This document shows positions 58,901 to 64,000 of a stretch of 64,000 nucleotides of DNA, piece by piece. The position numbers were made by a program, and so were the translations under genes. The DNA is from Perkinsus olseni. Taxonomy: Eukaryota. The notes below the pieces were generated by a model. That model saw only the letters and a program-made list of their open reading frames with translations. It had not been told where the DNA came from and ran no database searches. Each line of letters begins with the position of its first letter. The first letter of the stretch is position 1. The stretch is taken from positions 1-64,000 of the forward strand of contig JABANN010000070.1 of the NCBI GenBank assembly GCA_013115125.1. The letters run 5' to 3'.

Positions 58901-60434
58901 TTACGAACTCAGCCACGGCTTGGAAGACAACAGGGAGGGTCTTCTCAGCACCGAGGGCCTGTTAGAGTGCACGACAAAATACAATAACCAACGCCACCAC
59001 TGAACCGACTACCTGGGCAAAACGATCGATATTCTCCTCACCAACCTCATAGTTGGTGACATCCTCATCGTCATCCTGGTCAGCAAACCTGTGGAGGGGA
59101 CCGCTTCGATAGACTTCGCTGCAGAGTAGTGTAGTACCTCTTGCACCAGGCCTCAGTGTCATCACCATCACCATCTATCTCCAACATGAAGATGAGGCAG
59201 GTCTTGACAGCGTCAGTAATGAAGTTGGGAACCTGATGATAGAGAGCGATGGCAACGACGAAAGACGGCATCGGCATGACCTTCATGCACATCTTAGCCT
59301 TCTTCTCAGCAAGGGATGTGATCATCTCGAAGGCCAACTGCCTCGGCCCATCCTCGATGGCATCCTTGGCTTGTGCGATGCCAAAACCAGTTCCTGACAG
59401 TAAGGATAGCACCCTGTATCGGATATGGCAAGGACATACTGCAAAGCTCCGCTAGATAGGGTCGGAAGTAGGCTGGCTCTTCATCGGCCACTCCAATGAG
59501 ACTCTCAAGGCAGTCATTAACCTGAAAACAACTGGAGGCAGGAAGCAATAGCTGGGACTAATACTACCTCATCATCCATAGTACCAGTACAAAGGGACTG
59601 TACAGTACTTAGGACCATAGGGCAGAGAGGCTGTACGGGCTTCCAGTGACGAGTAGGGAGGCTCTCCACGATGGAACAGATGACCTAACCCAAATGACCT
59701 TGGCCCTTGGCCTACACCCACCCCGTGGACACCCCTACCTTAACGGCTTGAACCTTGACTTGGATGTCACTGTGCTCCATAGAGCCCTTCAATAATACAG
59801 CAACAACAACATCATTGGACGAATTCTGCATTAACATGCTGCCAACGGCAGGGATGAGGTCGACGAGGATCTAAACGCATCTTAGGTCGAAGCCTGCAGA
59901 TCACACAATAACCTACTCTCAGGCCAGACTCCTTCGGCGCTGCTTCACTGGAAGCAATCATTTGCAGTAGAGTAGGCAAGAGCTGAGGAGAGGGCAACAC
60001 AGTACTCGTCCAGTCGGCCACCCTAGCCCGCCTACCTCAGGCCACTGATTGTTGCTGTTGTCAGCACAGAGGTAGCCACCAAGTTCCCCGATGCAGTCAC
60101 AGATCTTGTGCCGCATGTTCTTATTACCCTCACTGGCGATCAAGGAAAGCAATGACGACTTCACAGCCTGCTTGGTCTGCTCAGACAGCTTGGGCCATAC
60201 AAAGTCCTTCTCTCGGAGAACCCTCATGTTCTGCCGCAACAAGATGCTGGCCTGCTGTCTCAAGGTGAGATCCCCTTGGGAAGTGACCACAGCAAGCAGG
60301 GCTTGAGTGACCTGGTCGGGGTTCTGGGCCTTAGTGTTCTGATACTGCTGCTCAGCAGGCTTCCGAACTTCATTGTTCGGCGACATGAGGCCCTTCAAGA
60401 GCTCGCAGAACTGGCTGAGTTGGGCTTGGTCCAT
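55968..60434 (-). CDS. IPO5: Importin-5 / karyopherin beta-3; multi-exon
   Basis: LMSPNNEVRKPAE, HPRVRYAALHAMGQ, RVASHACAAFVN, LRGKAFEC, RQAAAYG, ENAVAALG, LPLKQDEDE. Confidence 0.9.
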
Positions 60435-61072
60435 TGGGGTAGTAAGTACGTTGGGGATATATAACAGAGGAGGGGGGCGGTCAACGCTAAGAAGGAGGAG
60501 TAAGCAGCGGAGGCAGTTGTTGATGATGTACTGTACACAACACAAACCAGGAAGATGGATGAGACTTCAAGGCAGACAAGGTATGCATGGCAAGAGTAGC
60601 GCTAGGGGCAAAACATACATGGCCGGGGACGCGTTGAGGAAATGCAAGATTTTGCAAGACGGTCCAAGATTGATTCTGGATGATCTTTGTAAGTTAATAG
60701 TGAGCGGCTCGCTGTGACTCACAGTCTGTGAGCCCATTGTCCACCACCCTGGTATTTTGCTTGTTGGATCCGTTAGCAGCCTTGCTGCTGCACCCGTCAC
60801 CTTTGCCGTCGGTCCCGCCGCCGGCGGCCCATCGTTCAGTTTTCGCAGGCCTAGTCGGCGTGTAAACTCCTCGTCACGTCCCCGCTGACCTAGTTGGCTC
60901 CGATATTAACGCAAAAATTACGATGTCGATTAGCTCAGGTCGACGAGGGCGTTGCGCATCCTCCCTTCGACTGCCCATCCATGCCCCCTTGGGTGGGTGT
61001 TTCAACAGCTACTGTACTTCAACGCGACCTACGACCACACCCTCTCGCAATCAGCTCTTACCTCTCCCTATC

Positions 61073-63814
61073 ATGTCCACATCGGTCTACATCCGTCGAG
61101 ATGGTGTTGCCGTCCTCACTCTGCGCAACCCCCCTGTGAACTCCCTCAGCCAGGCCCACTGCAAGAGCCTAGTCCAAAACATGAAGATCCTACAGTCCAA
61201 CCCTACTGTCAAGGGCATCGTTATCACTGGTGAAGGCAAGTTCTTCTCGGGTGGCGCTGAGATCATGGAGTTCGAGTACCACATACGTCGAGGCGCCAAG
61301 ATGGACATGGCGTCGGGCATCCACGTTGTCATGAACACCATCGACAGCACCAACAAGCCCGTCGTGGCCGCCATCAATGGTATGGCCCTTGGTGGTGGCT
61401 TCGAGGTGGCCTTGGCGAGCCACTATCGTGTAGCCGTCCCTACTGCTAAGGTTGGTCTGCCTGAGGTTAACCTAGGCCTCCTACCGGGCGGTCAGGGCAC
61501 GCAGAGGCTGCCGAGGTTGGCTGGCGTCCAAGTTGCTCTGCAGACCATGCTGGCTGGTCAGCCCATCCCTGCACCTCTGGCAAAACGCCAGAAGATGATC
61601 GATGAGATCGTTCCTGCCGATAAGCTCATCGACGCGGCTGCTACTATCGCTCTCACCAAGCCGGTAAGGAGGACCAGTGAGATGACCTGCACTACAGCGG
61701 ACAGGGTTATGGTCGTCGGTGGTGCTGTGGAGATGGGCCTCAACCAGATAGACCGATTCCGCAAGCATCAGATCGCCCCCGACGCCATCGGTCGATGTGT
61801 TAAGGCGGCGGTCGAGAGCGGCGGCGACTTCCAGAAGGGCTGCCGGGTCGAGCAGCAGGAGTTCGACAAGTTGCTCTACTCGAAGGAATCCGGGGCGTTG
61901 CGGCATTTGTTTTTCGCCGAGAGATTGGCTAACAAAGTCTCCGGTGTGAGGGCCAAGCCTTTGCCGATTAGGAAGGTCGGTGTGGTCGGAGCTGGCCTGA
62001 TGGGTGGTGGCATCGCCATGTGCTTCGTTGCCAAGGTAGGGTCATCATGCGAACCCTTTTCCTCCTGCTTGTACTCCTACTTTTTAGGGCATCCCCGTGG
62101 TGTTGTTGGACGCCAAGCAGGAGTTCTTGTCGAAGGGTATGGGCCTCATCAGGAAGAACTACGAGACCAGTGTCGCCAGGAAGAGTATCAAACCCGAAGT
62201 GGCCGTCAAGCGGCTGGGGCTCATCAAACCTTCGCTGGACTATGCTGACTTCGCCGACTGTGACATCGTCATCGAGGCCGTTTTCGAGAATCTCAAGTTG
62301 AAGCAAGATATATTCAAGCAGCTTGATAAGGTATGCCTCTCCCCTGTACAGCCTGCCGCCCATGTTCGCTTTCAGGTGGCCAAGCCGGACGCCCTGCTTT
62401 GCAGCAACACCTCGAGCCTGGACATCGACGCCATAGCATCAGCTGTCCCTAGAAGGGCTAAGAACGTCGTTGGAACGTGAGTGCTCACAGTTGGCTATCA
62501 CAACCACTCGCGGATCGGAGTTGCAGGCACTTCTTTTCTCCGGCCAATGTTATGAAGCTCCTCGAGAACGTCCGCACTAAGGAGGCATCGGACACCACTA
62601 TAGCGACAGTGATGGCGATGGGAAAGCTCATAAACAAGGTGAGCTCGCAGGTATCCTGGACAAGTCGGCGAGGCGCTTCGTGTAGGTGGCTGTGCTGGTG
62701 GGCAACTGTGATGGGTTCGTCGGAAACCGCATGCTCGGGCCGTACGGCGCTGAGGTGCGGCAGATGGTGGAGGAAGGTAGTTGAGACTAGTCAAGTTGAC
62801 TGAGGAGAGGGGAGCGCCTCGGCTCAGGTGGCGATCTGGCCAAGTTCGACGCTGTCGCTACGGACTTCGGCATGGCTATGGGCCCTCTGTCTATGTCCGA
62901 TCTTGTCGGCCAAGATCTTTTCTGGAGAGCCAGGTATGTGCATGCGTGCTAATATCACCCCATACGCTCCTCTTGTGGTTGTTAGGAAAATGGCGGGTGA
63001 CATGAAGCTTGAAACTGCAGTCGCCATAGGTCCGCATGACCTCACCGACTGGCTGTGCGAAAAGGGCCGATTCGGTCAGAAAGCTGGCAAGGGTGAGTTG
63101 TCTAAGCGCTGGCCTCGTTGGTGGGCTCACTGCTAAGTAGGTATCTATGTCTACGGCAAGGGCAGAGGCGACAAGAAGCTCGACAAGGAGGTATTGGATG
63201 GAGTAAAGGAGATTCAGAAGCGGAAGGGTCGGTGTGACGATAGCAGCCCGATGGTGGACTGAGGTACTCTCAGGTGTCATCACTCCCAGAGAGATTGATG
63301 AGAAGGAAATGCTGGAGAGGATGCTCTTCCCCTTGGTCAATGAAGGATTCAAGGTGAGCGAAGGTCCCGGGATCGATCCTCACAGAGGTCGTTTTTACTG
63401 CAGATCCTCGAGGAAGGTATGGCTCAGCGACCGAGTGATATCGATATCGTGTGGATATACGGCTACGGCTTCCCACCGGTGAAGGTGTGATGAAGATGAG
63501 TTGATGACTCAGGGGAGCATTCTCATGTTAGGGCGGTCCGATGCACTGGGCTGACAACTACATCGGCCTCAACTACCTTCTTGAGCGTCTACGTTTTTAC
63601 GACAATCAGGCAGCGGAGCGATGCGCCAGAAATAAGAATTACAGGAAACCCAAGTAGGTCATCCGAGTGCTTCTCCCGGCCGGCTTGATTCCCTGTCAGG
63701 TACTTCGTTCCGAGTCGCCTTCTTGAGGACTGTGTGAAATCCAATATGAAATTGGCCGACTACTGGATGAAGAAGGAGAGGGAAGCAAGACGCCAGTCCT
63801 CCTCCAAGTTGTGA
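61073..63814 (+). CDS. Peroxisomal multifunctional enzyme (enoyl-CoA hydratase / 3-hydroxyacyl-CoA dehydrogenase)
   Basis: [51 protein letters not shown]; ends ...SSSKL-TGA (PTS1). Confidence 0.93.
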
Positions 63815-64000
63815 TCATCCGCCCCCAGTGACCGGGCGAAGTCGAAGCAGAGACTTGTCCGTAGTTAATTTTTTAAATAGACTGCTACGATTTGTTTCTA
63901 GTGTTACCGCAGTATCAAAAACGCTTTCATGTTACGCCCACTGCTGCTGTTGAGTTATCGAGAGTAAACTCGTGGAGGTTCGAAATGGCGCGTGCTAGCG

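Overview
Compact, gene-dense eukaryotic nuclear DNA with many very short (~45-65 nt) GT-AG introns. Gene content and style suggest a myzozoan alveolate, most likely Perkinsus (inference). 1-7.0 kb is mobile DNA: the 5' end of a minus-strand LTR retrotransposon (gag, PBS, LTR), whose LTR appears to be split by an intact ~6 kb tyrosine-recombinase (DIRS/Ngaro-like) retroelement with four non-overlapping ORFs and a structured, tRNA-derived leader. It sits ~300 bp from a tRNA-Ser/tRNA-Arg pair. The rest is host genes: CFAP100-like, a CAMK-type kinase, a selenocysteine GPx-glutaredoxin fusion with a SECIS, nested MITEs, PEX1, a zinc-finger protein, CCDC81-like, an HPR-like repeat protein, a SIRT6-like sirtuin, PRORP (with tRNA-Leu nested antisense in one intron) abutting or fused to Tpt1, an alpha/beta hydrolase, POP4, TMEM135-like, phytochelatin synthase, Rav1/DmX-like, a ZIP transporter, importin-5 and a peroxisomal multifunctional enzyme (PTS1 SKL). 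The best leads are the Sec-GPx-Grx fusion, the Tpt1-PRORP-tRNA locus and the YR retroelement architecture. Spans of spliced genes were assembled by hand and ends marked approximate may shift; no database searches were run.
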